Below are positions 25,101 to 39,500 of a stretch of 64,000 nt of DNA, piece after piece. The position numbers and the translations under genes are program-made. Location of the stretch: assembly GCF_008831285.2 (NCBI RefSeq), contig NC_045138.2, forward strand, positions 11,656,001-11,720,000, in the 5' to 3' direction. The DNA comes from Nymphaea colorata. Taxonomy: Eukaryota. Positions within the stretch are counted from its first letter, which is position 1. Each line of letters starts with the position of its first letter. Under the pieces are notes generated by a model, which saw nothing but the letters and a program-made list of their open reading frames with translations, was not told where the DNA came from and searched no databases.

Positions 25101-26333
25101 TTCATTACTTGGTAAGTACGAATTGCGGTCTTCTTTTGGCCATACATTTGCTCGAGGACCACCCACATGTCTCTAGCAGTCTTCTTCCGAAGGATAAGGG
25201 GCTGAATATCGGCGGAAACGGAATTGACAATCCAAGTTTTCACTTGATTATCCTCAAGAAACCAAGTATGCCACACATCACTTGTTCTTGCTGGTTCGGG
25301 GTTGCTCCCATCAATATAGGCCATGCGACCACGGCCAGCAATCCCCATGGTCATAGCAGGCGACCACGAGAAATAATTATCCTTGGTGAGGCGAAGAGTG
25401 ATGACCTGCATGGGAACATTCTCAGTTCTAAAAGCCCCTATTTCAGTGGGATTGGTGTTGACGGTTGACGAGGAAGAGGCTGCCATAATCACAGACCAGT
25501 AGGCAGCAAGGGCAGCAAGAAGCAATCACACGATACAACACCAAAAAACGGACAGAGAGCAGGAAACGGAACCAGGCAAAGCGGCGCGGCGCTGGGCGGG
25601 AACAGACCAGGCAGTCGGCGCCAGGCAGTCGGCGCGGCGCTGGGCGGAAACAGACCAGGCAGAGCGGCACGGCGCCGGAAAAGGACACGGCGTTGGGCGG
25701 AAAAAGACCGCCGCTGGACAGGTCGTCGTTTGGGCAGGCCGACGCTGGGCGGAAGCGGCTGAACGGGAACGCCGCTGGGCAGGGCGTCGCTGAGCGGAAG
25801 TAGCAGATTCCTGAGCGGCGCTAATCAGGGCGTCGCTGGGCCGGTTGTCGCTAGGTGGAGACGGCGGAATCCTGAGCGGCGCTGATCAGGGCGGCGCTGG
25901 GCGGAGACGGCGGCGGGACGACAGACGACGCTCGGGCACGAGCGTCGGGCACGGGCGAGACGATGAACAGTGTCGGGCGATTCTCCTCTAACACGGGCAA
26001 AAGACAACCAGAAACGCCGGAACTTCACGGCTCTGATACCATGTAGAGATACGAACAAGAAGAAGAGGAAGAGAAGCAATGATCACGATGTAACGTGGAA
26101 AACCCTCAACACGAGGGAGAAAAACCACGAATGAGGAGGAGTTGGTGCCCACTAGCAGCCAGACTCTCTCTCTCTTAAGATTATCATTAACACTTAAGGA
26201 TTAGGGTTACATGACTTAAGTAGAGCCCAAAACGGGCTACAAGGCGGGTCGGGTATGGATCCGACCCGAAACCCACAATCTATCAACAGCGATCACCATC
26301 TGTCACCATGATTACAGGCAGCAGTTACCCAGA

Positions 26334-26369
<36 letters not shown>

Positions 26370-27506
26370 GCTGTCATTGCCATCGCCAAAACTACTACTC
26401 ATTCGGAAATAGAAAAGGTTATTGCAAATCCAGTCTCTTACACTTTGACCGTAGGAAAGCACAGATGGTCTCAGGCATACCTCCGGCATGATTCCATTTG
26501 TGCCATTATGCTTATCATATCATGCTCTTTTTTTTTTATTAACCAATGGATAAGAATAAACTGTTAGTCTACCATAATGTACAGTTACTTGATTGCAGTC
26601 ACATTAGAATAGTTCAACTTGTTCAAGAACTTGTAGAAGAACACTAAAAAAACCTGTGATCTGACCTAAACAACTCATCAACCTACAAATCAAAGGTCAG
26701 CTAGACCAAGTGTGACAAACAATTTCCAAACCATGTGACAATGACAGTAACTCTTAAGTCTTAACTTATGAGAAGAAAGAGTACTCACCTTGACAGCTGA
26801 CGCTATTTCATCAATATCGTCTCCAATATATTCCTTTCCAGTTCCCTTGAACGGGATTTTGGTGCTCACAATGCTGACAAATACACCAATTTTATCTTGT
26901 GCCTGATTAATCTTGTAAGTGTTCCAACTGTGCAATGAAAATATTTCTTTAGAATAACAGTATAAAGCAAATAACTGACTTATTTTTTAAAGCAGTCCTT
27001 GTGATATCAGATAACAGACTTGATCCTCTTTATAGCAGTCCTTGTAACAACATCAGCTCCTTGTTCAAATAGAAGAGGAATGCGGTTTGCAAAGCGGAAT
27101 ATGTTCAAACCCTGAGGAAAAAGTAAGGGAGAAAGAGAGGGGATGGGGGCGCTTAAGATAAAACTGCAATGCAATGGAAACCAAGGACAAATTGAAACAG
27201 ATAAATAAATTTGTCTAATCACAAAGACAAGTGGCAACAGTGTCTCTGTTCATCCAATCAGAAATCATAAAGCCTGTCATCAGATTCAAGAAGTTTTCAA
27301 CTACAAACAATGCTTGACAAAAATATATGTGAAATCACTCTCTCCCTCTCTATCTTTCTTGTCCACCTAAAACGATATATTTTCCCTTCCATTTCTCGTC
27401 CCAGTCCAGCCATGGACAAGCCCAAAATTCATATGGGTATAGGTCTACAGAGGTACAGACCAAATAAAAAAACACAGGTACAGGGATACGGCTGTACATG
27501 TACATA

Positions 27507-27570
<64 letters not shown>

Positions 27571-30500
27571 AGAAAAATTGCATTCATTAAGATTAAAATG
27601 CTATCATTCACCATTGCAATCATGATTCATCAATCCAAGTTTGACATCATCCAAATTGGATACCTTGATCTAACATTTAACAAGTAACAAAATATGAAGA
27701 TACAATGGATTGAAGATGAAAAACCAGAAGAAAATGCAATGGGAAAGGATGACATGCCACCCACTTGTCACTGTAACCACCACTGGAAATACTGTAGACT
27801 GCCAGAAAAAGTCATTGACTCTCCGTATGGTGGAGAGGTCCACTGCCACACAGGGACAGAGCAGCAGCCTTCGTCTAAACGAAGGTTGTTGTTTACTGTG
27901 TACAAACAGTAAACATGGTAAAACCAGAAAAGAAAAAAACTGAACCCAAAATTTTTGGACTGAAATGGACTCCACCAAAGCTGACCAAGTCCAGATTTGG
28001 TCAGCTATGGGCTTGAATGCATTGAACACACCGTACACGGCTCAAACCGTGTTCGGACAGTGCCCAACCACGTACAGGAACTCGTGTGGACATCGGTTTG
28101 TCATCTAAACTGGTGTACCCATGTTTCATAGCCTGTGATTAATACTTATTTGATTTAATAAATAAAACCCCAATTAGAGGCAAAAAAAAAAAAAAACAGC
28201 TGGACAAACAAGGACAAGGCATTTTCGAGCACATTTTAAACCACTAATAGTTACTGGGGCAGACCCCAGAAATTTTGGAAAAAAAAAATATTACCTATTA
28301 TAATTTTCAAAAATCTTAATTTTTGCCCTGCAAAAATTTTAGAAAAAATAGTTGGCGCCCATAAAAAATTTTTGGAAAGCCTTTAAAGATTTTGAAAAAG
28401 ATCCCTCTCTTCAGCCACCACCCAAAAAAAAAACTTGGGTCCACCCTGAATGGTTAGAAACGGTTTAGGATGAGTGAGCAACTGCCTTTAGTTTCTGGTC
28501 CATCCATGGTTAGGTGAGCAAAATATTTAAGGCCACAAATGTTGTGCAAGTCGGAAAAAGAATCAAGAGAGAGCACAGACAGAAATAAACAAAGAAAACA
28601 GTACAAAAGGCAACCCTAAGTAGGATTCTATTTTCTGCCTGTATAGATTTTCTAAAAACACCTCTTTCAGCCAAAGACAGTGACATCATATACTTTTTTT
28701 TTTTTTTTTGAGAAACCATAAACTGGTTTAGCAATGCATCCCTTGGATTAACCAAATCACCAGTCAGAAGCTTTTCGGTATGCTCCAGGTAACCACATTA
28801 AGGGACAATAAAGAAGTTACATTATAATATAATATCACACATATATATAACAGAATATGATATAGGATAAAACAATCATCTAAAATGGACAAAGGAAAAC
28901 AGAATAAACAAGTTCTTAAGATAAAAAAAGAAGATGAATAGAAGAGTTTAACCTGCTTTACATCTTTTCCACCCAAACTGATTCCCGCTTCAACAATAAA
29001 TGGATGGCCTTCAAACACCTGCGGGCTGCATTAATAGATGCTTAAGAACACTGTTCCATGTAAAAACTTCAAACTACTAATAATCTCATGACCCTTTCAA
29101 GATTGGAACCATGGCACACAGAGTAACATTATGCAGTCAGTCAAATCTGTTACAGAAATTTCCATTTTCAAGTGTAACTTTTCCCTGTAACTCTAAAAAG
29201 GGACCACCTTTCATGCTTTTTTCAAGTGAAGTAAACTTAACCTGAGGAACATAAAAGGTTACCTGCAATTTTTTTCAATATTACCCTCGATCACCAAATT
29301 ATATTCCCATCGTTTAGTTAAACTTTTGCTGTTTCTCAGGTTAAAGGAACTTTATTTCAGGCCCTTATTTGACAGTTTTTGTGAAAGGTAGCCCTTTCTA
29401 AGAAAATTCTAAAAGGTAGTTCCATGTTTGGAAGGATAGGCCCAAAGTAGACCTAAAAAACAAGAAACTTCCCAAGTTTTTGTTACTTAAACTAAATCCA
29501 AGAAAACCAATATAAATGCTAGTTTTGGCAATCTTCTGTGGCCTCAGATACTACACAATTATTTTTCCGAATCATGATGTTGGTTTTCCATAGGCATTGT
29601 CTGGAACCACAACATTTTTTACAGTTTAATGTTCAACGGTTGTTTATGAACTCAAGATTGTTTGGTTCAAACTTCAAAGGAATCAAATTTTTATCATCTA
29701 TGTTGGATCAGCCTGACCATCAGTTTGAGGCTGCTTATTGATGTTAAGCAAGATCTGTCAGAAAAGGGAAAGGAAAAAACATAACTTATTGTGTGTGTGT
29801 GTTGCATAATCTAGTGATTGTTACATATAAATTAAGTTAAATTTTTCTTTCTTGTTTTTGTCTCACCTACTAATCAGCTGAACATGAGCCAGCCATATCG
29901 AGTTTTCTAAGAATGAATTCAAAATGGCTACCTTAGCTTATCTGACTTATTTTCTTGGTATTAAAGTTGTCCACGGTAAAAGAAGATACTTGCTTTCACA
30001 GATCAAATTCGCTAGTAACATTATATTATAGTCACAAATAACATTTCAGAGTTTTAAACGACGAGCTTTTTCTCGGGTATAATACGGCGAACTTGAAAAA
30101 AATGAAAAAATACAGTAAATTTTAAAAAATTTAAAAAAACTAAAAATGACTGGAAAATAAAACAAGTGAGAAACTAATAACACAAACATCAAAAGATAAG
30201 TAGATTTGCAACAAATAAAAAATAGAAAATGAAAAAAAAAACTGTTTGGCATTTAAAAAATGAAAAAAATGAAATAAGAAAAAAAAACACGTTAAAAACG
30301 CGTTTTTTCTTAACGTTTTCTAAAAAAAATGTTTTTCTTTTAGTTTTAAACGGCAATTTAATTTATTGCGTTTTTTTCACCTTTTTTTCAAAAAAAACGT
30401 GTTTTTTGTGATTATTAGCAGGCCTGGAATTTTTATGACAAAGTCGTTGATACATGATGATGTAAAAAAATTTACCTGCCAACTTAATTTCAGTGCATTC

Positions 30501-33500
30501 ATCCATCATTTAGAGATTAAATCTCATGATTATGTTGCTTTATGTATTAAGTTCTTATGTTCCAGATTCGATGTAGAACAAGGCTATTGTTGAAACTTGA
30601 AAGAAATATGTTAGTAGGTTGGAGTAGTTCTTTGAAATTTCTAATAAGTCGTCAGTCCTCGTTTATTATTACTTTTAGATATGTTGGACTAGTTTGTAAT
30701 TTCTGACTATTCTTTCTCTAGGACAGATTATGGTTAATGGAAAAGTTATCATTTGTTGGTTTCTCCTCAACATTGTCTACAATTAAACCAAACAAGATAT
30801 TGTGTTTTTGTGCGCTTTGGAGCAAGACATCAAGACAAATCGATCCAGATCCAAATTCAATAACCTAAATGGACCAGATCATGAATCTAAATCACAGATT
30901 TGATCCCAAATTCGTGATCCAGATGATGAGAAGTTGAAGGAATTTTCAAAAGCTGCTACTTTATTGGGTGGTGTATTGTTTTTGCTACTTTAAAGCCTTC
31001 TTGACAGTATTTGCAATTTCAAGTAAAACAGTGGATCATTATCGAAAATACTTACTTTGCTACAAACATGAGTAGGAGTCCTAGGGAGATCGTCAATGAT
31101 TTCTTGCCCCAAGGACCTCCTTTTTCATTCTCCAAGGTCCAAACTCCAACGTGTGAGGGTGCTCCTAATGGATTGTTCTTCCCTCCGTTTGGCAAGAGGG
31201 TGCACTTGGCTGAGTGACTGTTCCACCTTCCCCCCCTCTCCATCACTATTTTCTTGTATTTTTCAAGATTTGTGTTTCGTTACTTTTTGCAAGAATACGT
31301 CAAATAATGGGAAGGAGATATGGGGTTCTCATGCCCTTTTCCACAACAACCCCCCCCCCCCCCCCCCAACCAAAGGTTGATTCAAGTTTCTGTGCCAACA
31401 GCCATCTTCATCTTCTCATAATCTTCCCATTTACGAAGGCAAGTTGAGCACTTTCAAGGGCAGCAATGCAAAGAGCGCTCATGTGGAGTAACTCTTCTTG
31501 GAAGCATCAACCCTATGTCACACGGACGCGGCTAAAGAGGCCGCTTCCGACACGGGACTCGGCAAAAAATAAAAAATAAAAATTTAATGTTTTTTTTTTT
31601 CATTTTATCAACTTTTTGTGATGCATCCAATTATTTCCATGAACAATCCTTTCAAATATTCAGTACTTTTGTAATAAAACATATTTTCTCACAAGATTGT
31701 AAGAGTGAACTATTAATTTAATGTTTTTTTTAATCTTATCATTTTTTAGAATATTTAATGTAGTTATGTCCACGTATCCGAAAATTTTAAAAATTACCGT
31801 ATCCGCACCCGTATCGCATCCGCACCCGTGTGACATAGCATCAACCATAAGTCTTGTGTCAAACCTTTCTACATTCATTGGAGCATCAGATTGATACGAG
31901 CTCTTTTCCATCCTCTTCTTCTAGGGTCCATGTCATATTATTGTATTTCTTCACATTTGCATTTACTTCAATCTGATTTTTATGGCTGGAAATCAAGTAT
32001 TTTGGACGATCTTGTGTAGAGATGAAGACCGAAGACTTGTGTCTAACCATTCTCCTATCTCGCAATTTTAGGATATATTTTTACAAATGAGAAGAGCTTT
32101 TGTTCTTTCAATAATATGTTGATGTCTTCTTTGAGTAACTCTATTTCATTGAGGAACTTCTAGAGTATGTAAATTTCCATTTCATTAAAAAAATCTTTAA
32201 AATCATTAAAGAGATATTCTCCTCGGGAATCACTTCAAACACACTTTTGATATTGGTATCAAATGGGGTATTAATCATGTTATCAAAAGTTTTAAACTGA
32301 TAGAGAATTTTGTATTTACTTTTGAGAAGGCAAATCCAAACCTATCTCAAGTAATCATCAACAAAAATGACATAATATGAGAAACCACCTTTGGACATAA
32401 TGGGAGTGGATCCCCAAACATCCGAGTGCACTAATTCAAGCAGGATTTTTGTAACAAAAGTTCTATTAACAAAAGGTAAAGCCTTCATTTTGGTTTCTAT
32501 ACAATCATCACAAGCAACTTTTCTTTACATTTTTCGCAAACTTGAATGCCATCTTTTATTCAAACATTGTATATCAGCCTTTTTCAGGACATTACATGAA
32601 GGTTTAAAAAGAACACAAGGTCATATGAAATGATGCTCCTTAATCAAGTATCTAAAAGACTAAAAGAACTTATTTGAAGAGGTTGACTGTTTGACACAAT
32701 GGTTGCTCCCAAATTGGAGCGACTCCTCCTTTAAGTAGCAATTGGAGAGCATCCTTGAGTTTCGGTTGTAGTGCACTAACAAACTTGTCGATGTCAAAAA
32801 GAAATGTCTTATTCATGCATAACACTGGCCATCCCTCCCCTTTGTTAAATCTATTTAACTTGGCATGTTTAGGCTTTATATGCCCCTCTTCATGCCAATG
32901 AAAATAAACAACTAGGCTTTATATGCCCCTCTACATGCCAATGAAAATAAACAACTTCCTTGTTTCCTTCTTCATTAGACTAATTGAAATGATGAGGTCC
33001 ACATGATTTTTATATGAGAGCCAGGCTTGAGGAGGCAAGAACACTTTCATTCGTTTATTTGGAAATTTTGATCTATTTTCTTCTATTTGTAACTCTGCAA
33101 TGGCTTCAGTCATTGAAGGAACCATGTACCTAGAAGTAATAAAGTTTTGACTCCCTCAAACTCCGCTTTAAACCCATAATGAATTCACATAATGTCCCTT
33201 CTTGGATTCGCTTTTCCCTTAAGACAATGTTTCTAGCATCCACCTAACCAGGGTCAGACATAGCTAAGTTGGTCAACTTCAGCAAATATTTCTGGATAGT
33301 TCTATCTCCTTGTTGAAGATTAGAAATCTTGACTTGAATATGCACATATATGCAATATCTTTTCATAGTGTGATATCTCTTTAAAAAATCATAACCCTCG
33401 TTTGCATAATTGTGCTTAGCAATTTGACCCATTGCTGTGGTGTCAACACAAGTAAGGATCCAAGTAAAATGTTCTTGTGGCGACCAACTTTCTGATCATC

Positions 33501-36500
33501 CCATTTCTTCTCATACTTGGCTACAGCTTTTTCTCAGTTCTTTCTAGTTCATGTGCTTTTCCATACTAGTTGAGATTCTTCCTTTGAACCATCAACAAGT
33601 TCCCACACCCTTTACTTCTACTGAAATGTCCCATCATTTTAAACCATAGCACATAGCTGTAGAGACTCTAAAGAGTTTAGGAAGAGGAATTGAGAAAATT
33701 TTATCGTCCATGATAAAGACCTTCACATGACCACGAAACCAGTCCTTCAGATGAATACGTCCAAAATTAGGGCAGAAAGAGAAGCCTTATAGAAAAATAC
33801 GAAATTGCCATCAGCTCAGCCACAGAAATTATATCAAACTGTTGGTGAACCAGCAGCCATCAAGCTATGCAGTGATCTTTTATATCAGTTCAAACACCAA
33901 CACACATGCTGATTTGCTAAAGAATTGCAGCACCAACAGCTTCAAAAACATCATCTTACCCTCTTACTAATTTTGCCAAACAGTTGATGAGCATTTCTAT
34001 TACAATCACAAAAAGAACCTTCCAAGATGTGAACAACTTGACGAAATACTAGCTATCAGATTAAGAGCCAAACCAAGGCTCTAATACCATGTAAACAGAG
34101 CTCAAACATAGTTTTGGGTAAATCCAAGATTTTCCAAGTCTAAGTTAGTTATCCATAGCTTCTCTCTGCTCACTAGCTCAGTGTTTCCTGAGACTTAGTT
34201 TTGGGCCAGGTTATTACAATGGTACCATACTAGTTTGCCCGACAAATTAGTTGTATCACTTCATGTGTGTAACAGAACTTGAGAATAAATTTATATTGAA
34301 GATTCTCCGAAATTTTCAAGGTTTCATATATCTTTCTAATACTATCAGTTCTCTTGGTTCGTAAGCACAGTGCTGCATAGTTCTGGGTCAAGTTATTGCA
34401 ATGGTATCATAACCAAGTTCAACACTAGACCTAAAATGTCATGTATGTAGATGTGTGTACCTTAAGGATGATAAATTTTAACAACCCATATGTGTAATAA
34501 GACTTGGAAAAATCCTATATGAAAGATTTTTAAAAACCTTCAAGGGTTTATATACATGTTTATCATGCTAGCACTTGTCCTTACCCGATTCTTGTAGATT
34601 AGTATTTAGTAGCATGTTGGGTTATACTTCCTACCATCTAGTATGAAGTAAAAAAAAAAATATAGATCTAACAACTACGTAACTAATTGATTTTCGTAGA
34701 TAAGCACAATATACTGTTTTTTAGCAAAAGGGAAAAAGTTTTCAATTATACTCCAAAAGGACAGGTAATAACCAAACAATACTAATACTAGGATTTCAAA
34801 TACGGAGTCAGAACAGGTACAATAGCCAGAAATAAGTTAAACAAAAAGTTCAAAAATGGTTATGCTTGCCAAAATATAACCTGTTTGCATAGGTCGCAAC
34901 CATGTCTGGATGCAATTCCTTTATAATCCCCAAGCGAAGGTTGTACTCTCCTGCAGGGCTAAGACACTGACAAAAGTTGTTAACAAAGATTGCCAAGCAC
35001 TGCAGCAAAAGTAATGGAAGAGAGACGAAGAAAGAGAAATATTAACAATTGCAATAACAAGGTGCCAACACTTCTTAAACAACCGGTGAAATCCTCATAT
35101 TCTTGCCACCAAATATCCAACGGTACCAGAAGTTACTTTTCCAGAAAATTATTGGAATACTAAAAAAAAGACAAAACAAAACAAATACGACAAAAGTATT
35201 ATTTCATAGCTCACTCCTGTTGAACAGTTCATCTTCAAACCAGTGTTATTAAAATTGGTTTCTTAATTGCACCGGCAAGGCTGCCAACTCAGTGAATCAA
35301 CTGATTCACTGATTCAGGTGAATCAGCCAAAAATATTTAAAAGGTCTCTTAAAAAAATAATGAAAAAAATGTTTAAAAAGAAGAATGGCCAGGCTGTGTG
35401 ATGTCCTCAACAAAGCTTGCCCCAAAGACAAGTTCCCATTACCTTTACATAGACATGGATATGCTAATTCCGTTCTCGCTCATGGATAGACGAGGGCCTT
35501 GCGCATACAAAGCACTCGAGGAAGAAATAATCCAACCAAACATCCATGAAATCCCTGTGCATGGCTCATGGAGGACAAGGAAGGATGCGTATAAAAAAAT
35601 TAAAGAGTAAGGAACTCTAATCACTGCACTGAATATGCACAATAATTAGTCTGTTGCAGTTCATTATGGTTGGAACATGTACCAACTCGATGTTAAAAAT
35701 GCATTTCTGTATGGGGATTTAACTGAAGTGGTTTATATGCAGCAACCACCCGGCTTTGAGAAACAGGGGGAGTGTACCAACCGGCTTTGAGAAACAGGGG
35801 GAGTGTACCAAGGTATGTTTGTTAAAGAAGGCTATATATTGTTTGAAACAGAGTCCTAGAACATGGTTTCAGAAGTTGTGTGACGTTGTGTTTAAGTTTG
35901 AGTTTCAGAGATCGCCTTTAGATCATTCATTGTTCATAAAAAGGACTTCAAGAGGTATAGTTGTTATGGTGATATATGTGGATGATATTATTTTGACTGG
36001 TGACAATGAACAAGAAATACAACACACAAAGAAGTATTTACAACAGCATTTTGTTACTATAGATCTTGGCTCTCTACGTTACTTCTTGGGGATAGAAGCG
36101 GCAAGAAGTAAAGAAGGTCTAGTCATTTCTCAAAGAAAATATGTTCTTGATTTGCTACATGAAACAGGTATGACTGGAACTAAACCAGCTTCTATTCCTA
36201 TGAATTCTCGCACTCATTTATATGATGACAAATCTGAACCTGTTGATAGCAAATCATATTGGTCTCTCATTGGAAAGCTACTATATGTAACAATTACTAG
36301 ACCTGATATATCCTTTGTTGTGGGAAAACTAAGCCAATTTATGGGTAAGCCAAGGAAAGCCCATTGGGATGCAGCTATGTTATTATTGAAATTTCTAAAA
36401 GGCTCCCCTGGAAAGGGTCTATTATTTAGAAGAAGCACCTCACTTCAGATAGAAGCTTATTCTGATGCAGATTATGCAGGCTCAATTGATGACAAAAAAT

Positions 36501-39500
36501 CCACTACGGGATTTTGTATCTTTGTTGGTGGCAACTTAGTTTCTTGGAGAAGTAAAAAGCAAGCTGTTGTAACTCGATCGAGTGCAGAGTCAGAATATCG
36601 AGCCATGGCCCAAACAGCCACTGAAATCACATGGGTGAGAGGCATGCTAGAAGGTCTTGGAACTCAAGTAGAATTGCCTATAAAAATGCAATGTGATAAT
36701 AAAGCGGCTACTTACATAGCAAATAATCCGGTCTTCCACGAATGGACCAAGCATATTGAAGTTGATTGTCATTACATTAGAGACTTGGTCCAAGCAGGGA
36801 TTATCTCTACTGAGTATGTTGCTTCCGAAGACCAACCTGTAGATATATTTACCAAAGCTCTTCCAATATCCAATTTCATGAAGTGTTGTAGCAAGCTGAG
36901 CATGAAAGACATCTATGCTCCAGCTTGAGGGGGAGTGTTGAGGAAACGTGCTTCTTTGGTATTTAAAGTGTTATGTATTTTGGTATTTATTATTAGGTAG
37001 CTTTCTGAATTTTTAAAATTTGGTAGCACTCTTTATGTAAAGGGTTAAACATAACCCTAATCCTTATTTAGTCTAATGGAAAAGGAGTAGCCGACAGATT
37101 GATGACTGCTACCTATTCTCTCCTCCTTCCTCACGTTGTTCTCTTCTCCCTCCTCTCTACCTCTCTACGCAATACTACACATGACATTAGAGATCCGAAT
37201 TTTTAGATATATTAAAAATACTCATTCTAAAGGGCTATTCTTCATCTTTATTGTTAGATCTCACAAGTTATACCAATGCAGATGAAGGAAAACCTAACAA
37301 AAAATGTTCTACATCATAATTCTGTGTTTTACCAGGTGACTCAATGGTAAGAAACAACTAAAAGTACCTTTCTCATCCACAAGAATAATATGAAGTTATG
37401 GAATCACCAAAGATGGATTGCTTGGGCGAAGATTATGTTTGAAGATACGAAGCACATCTAAAGCCTCCAACAAAATTGCGTTGTGAAAACAAAAATGCCA
37501 TATGCATTACAAGTGATGACACCTTCTATGAGCAAGCAAAACTCATAGAGATGAATTTTTTGAAGAAAACAATTGAAATGCCCTATGCCATCTCAGAGTG
37601 TTCATTAGTCAAGTTTTTCACCAAACCTTCCACACACACACACACACATTATTAGGTCAGGGACAAAAAGCCAAACTACTTGAATTCATGTCAAAAATAT
37701 CTTAAAGAAAATATAAAACAAGAACATCTTTTTTAATATTAATTTAATACAAAATATGGTTTGATTGAAGTTGTCTACAAGAAAAAACATTTAATTTTCT
37801 ACTATCAAAATTTTGATGCCATAAGAACCATTAATTTTTTTATGAATAAGAGAACACATTTAAAGTCAAAGATTAAGTTCATAATGTTTCCTGTCAAATT
37901 AACTCTAGAGTGGTCAGAGATATAACCATTCCCCTGCTGCACTGTTTTTGCTATTTATGTTCTATTGTTCTTATTTTATTTATTTGAACATTTTGTCAAT
38001 TGATAAACCAGCGCTTTAGGCTCAGCAGTTGGCTTATCCACTAGCTAAGTTGCTGGCAAGCCATTCCTCCCTTTCTAATCCCTTTTTCCCTTTTCTTGTA
38101 TATACAGGAGGTATGCTCCTCTTGTAATATATAACTTTTTCTGCTCTTTATGACTTTTTTAAGATATATAATTTTGTTACATTGATATTTATGTGTTTTG
38201 TGTGCACCTTGTGTTTTTTGTGAATGCCTTAATTGTTTGATCCTGAAGTTATCACAAGATCATTTGGAGATCTCTTCAACCATTTGGAGTTTGGCTCCAA
38301 TTTTAGTCCTTTGAGTTTGACATTGATATTTTTCATTTTTGTGTTTTGTCCCATATTGCACCTGCAGCCATATCAATACAGGTGTACCATCCAAATAGGA
38401 GCTTCCATGGGACATCAGGAAATAAGAAAGATAGCTTCAAGCAACAACCAAAGGTTTCTATAGAAAAAAGAGAAATAACAGGCACAGTTGCTGATTCGAT
38501 ACTTACATCACCACTTGGATCATCAAATTTAGCCTGACGAAACAGCTGACGCATACGTACAATTTGCTGAGATGTCAAAGATTTCACGGACATCTTGGGA
38601 CTGAAATCTGGACCCATTTCCCCTACAAAGGATTGATAGAACATACTGCTTGTTAAACACATGAGGATGCCGGAGATGCATGTGGATAAGGAAAACTAAC
38701 ACAAGCAGAAACTAGCACCAGGGTTTCATAAAATATTCTCTGAAAATACAAGAAAGGGTCTATCATAAACATAAACAATGCTATCCCTAAACTGAGCCAG
38801 TGTAAGGTTCATTCTTCAAACATCAGATGAGACAACATAGAATATTTAGGATATATTTGATCATCATTATATGTGGTAAAGAGTCAAATTTCTATTATAA
38901 CCATCAATAGATATGACCAGAAAGGAAACCATTTACAAAAGAAAGAAGTTACACCTATTAACCGATCAGCATGAGACTTGCTAATATTTACAAATTCATG
39001 CTGAAGAAACTGCAGAAGATTCTGCTTTGAAGTTTCTGCAATCAGCCGTTTGATGAGCAACAAATCTACAGCAGAAGGGTGGTGCTTTGTTTCACTAGGA
39101 ACTGGAGGCATCACATCAGTTCTTCTTGCAAAACGTACTGTGATATTTTTACTGCAACAAGCATATAAATTAAATTTTCAGGAAATAAATCATTTGAATG
39201 TTTGTTAATATGGTGCCCAGATTAACTTACTCTGCTATGTCTGAGATAAATCTGAAGAGAAACTGAGCATAAGGGGTAATGACAGCCATCTGACGCATAT
39301 AGTGTAGTATCTTTGACTGTAAAAACTCATTCGATGTTAATTTTAAGAAATTTTAAGCTAATCATGACATAAAAATTTATGAGTTACAAACTAAAAGAAC
39401 TTGATTGCAATTCCTAGATGCTTCAAGAATTTTTAGAAAAATTGACATCTAAGCAGAATTTATTGATCCAGAATCTAGGTCTTATGAAGAGCATAAATTA

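Larger units (their letters stand above)
20920..26288 (-). mobile_element. Intact full-length Ty1/Copia (Ale/Retrofit-like) retrotransposon, Copia-A
   Basis: 247-bp LTRs at 26042-26288 and 20920-21166 that appear identical; perfect TSD GCGAT; PBS TGGTATCAGAGCC (26041-26029); PPT TTGAGGGGGAG; single uninterrupted ORF. Confidence 0.97.

Noticed and set aside
26990..27045. 12-bp exon sequence AGCAGTCCTTGT repeated in the adjacent 92-bp intron
   Set aside because: Too short to distinguish an old micro-duplication from chance; no effect on the gene model.
35241..35330. CAGTGTTATTAAAA hAT-MITE-like left end (similar degenerate tract at about 20600-20790)
   Set aside because: No matching right TIR or TSD found.
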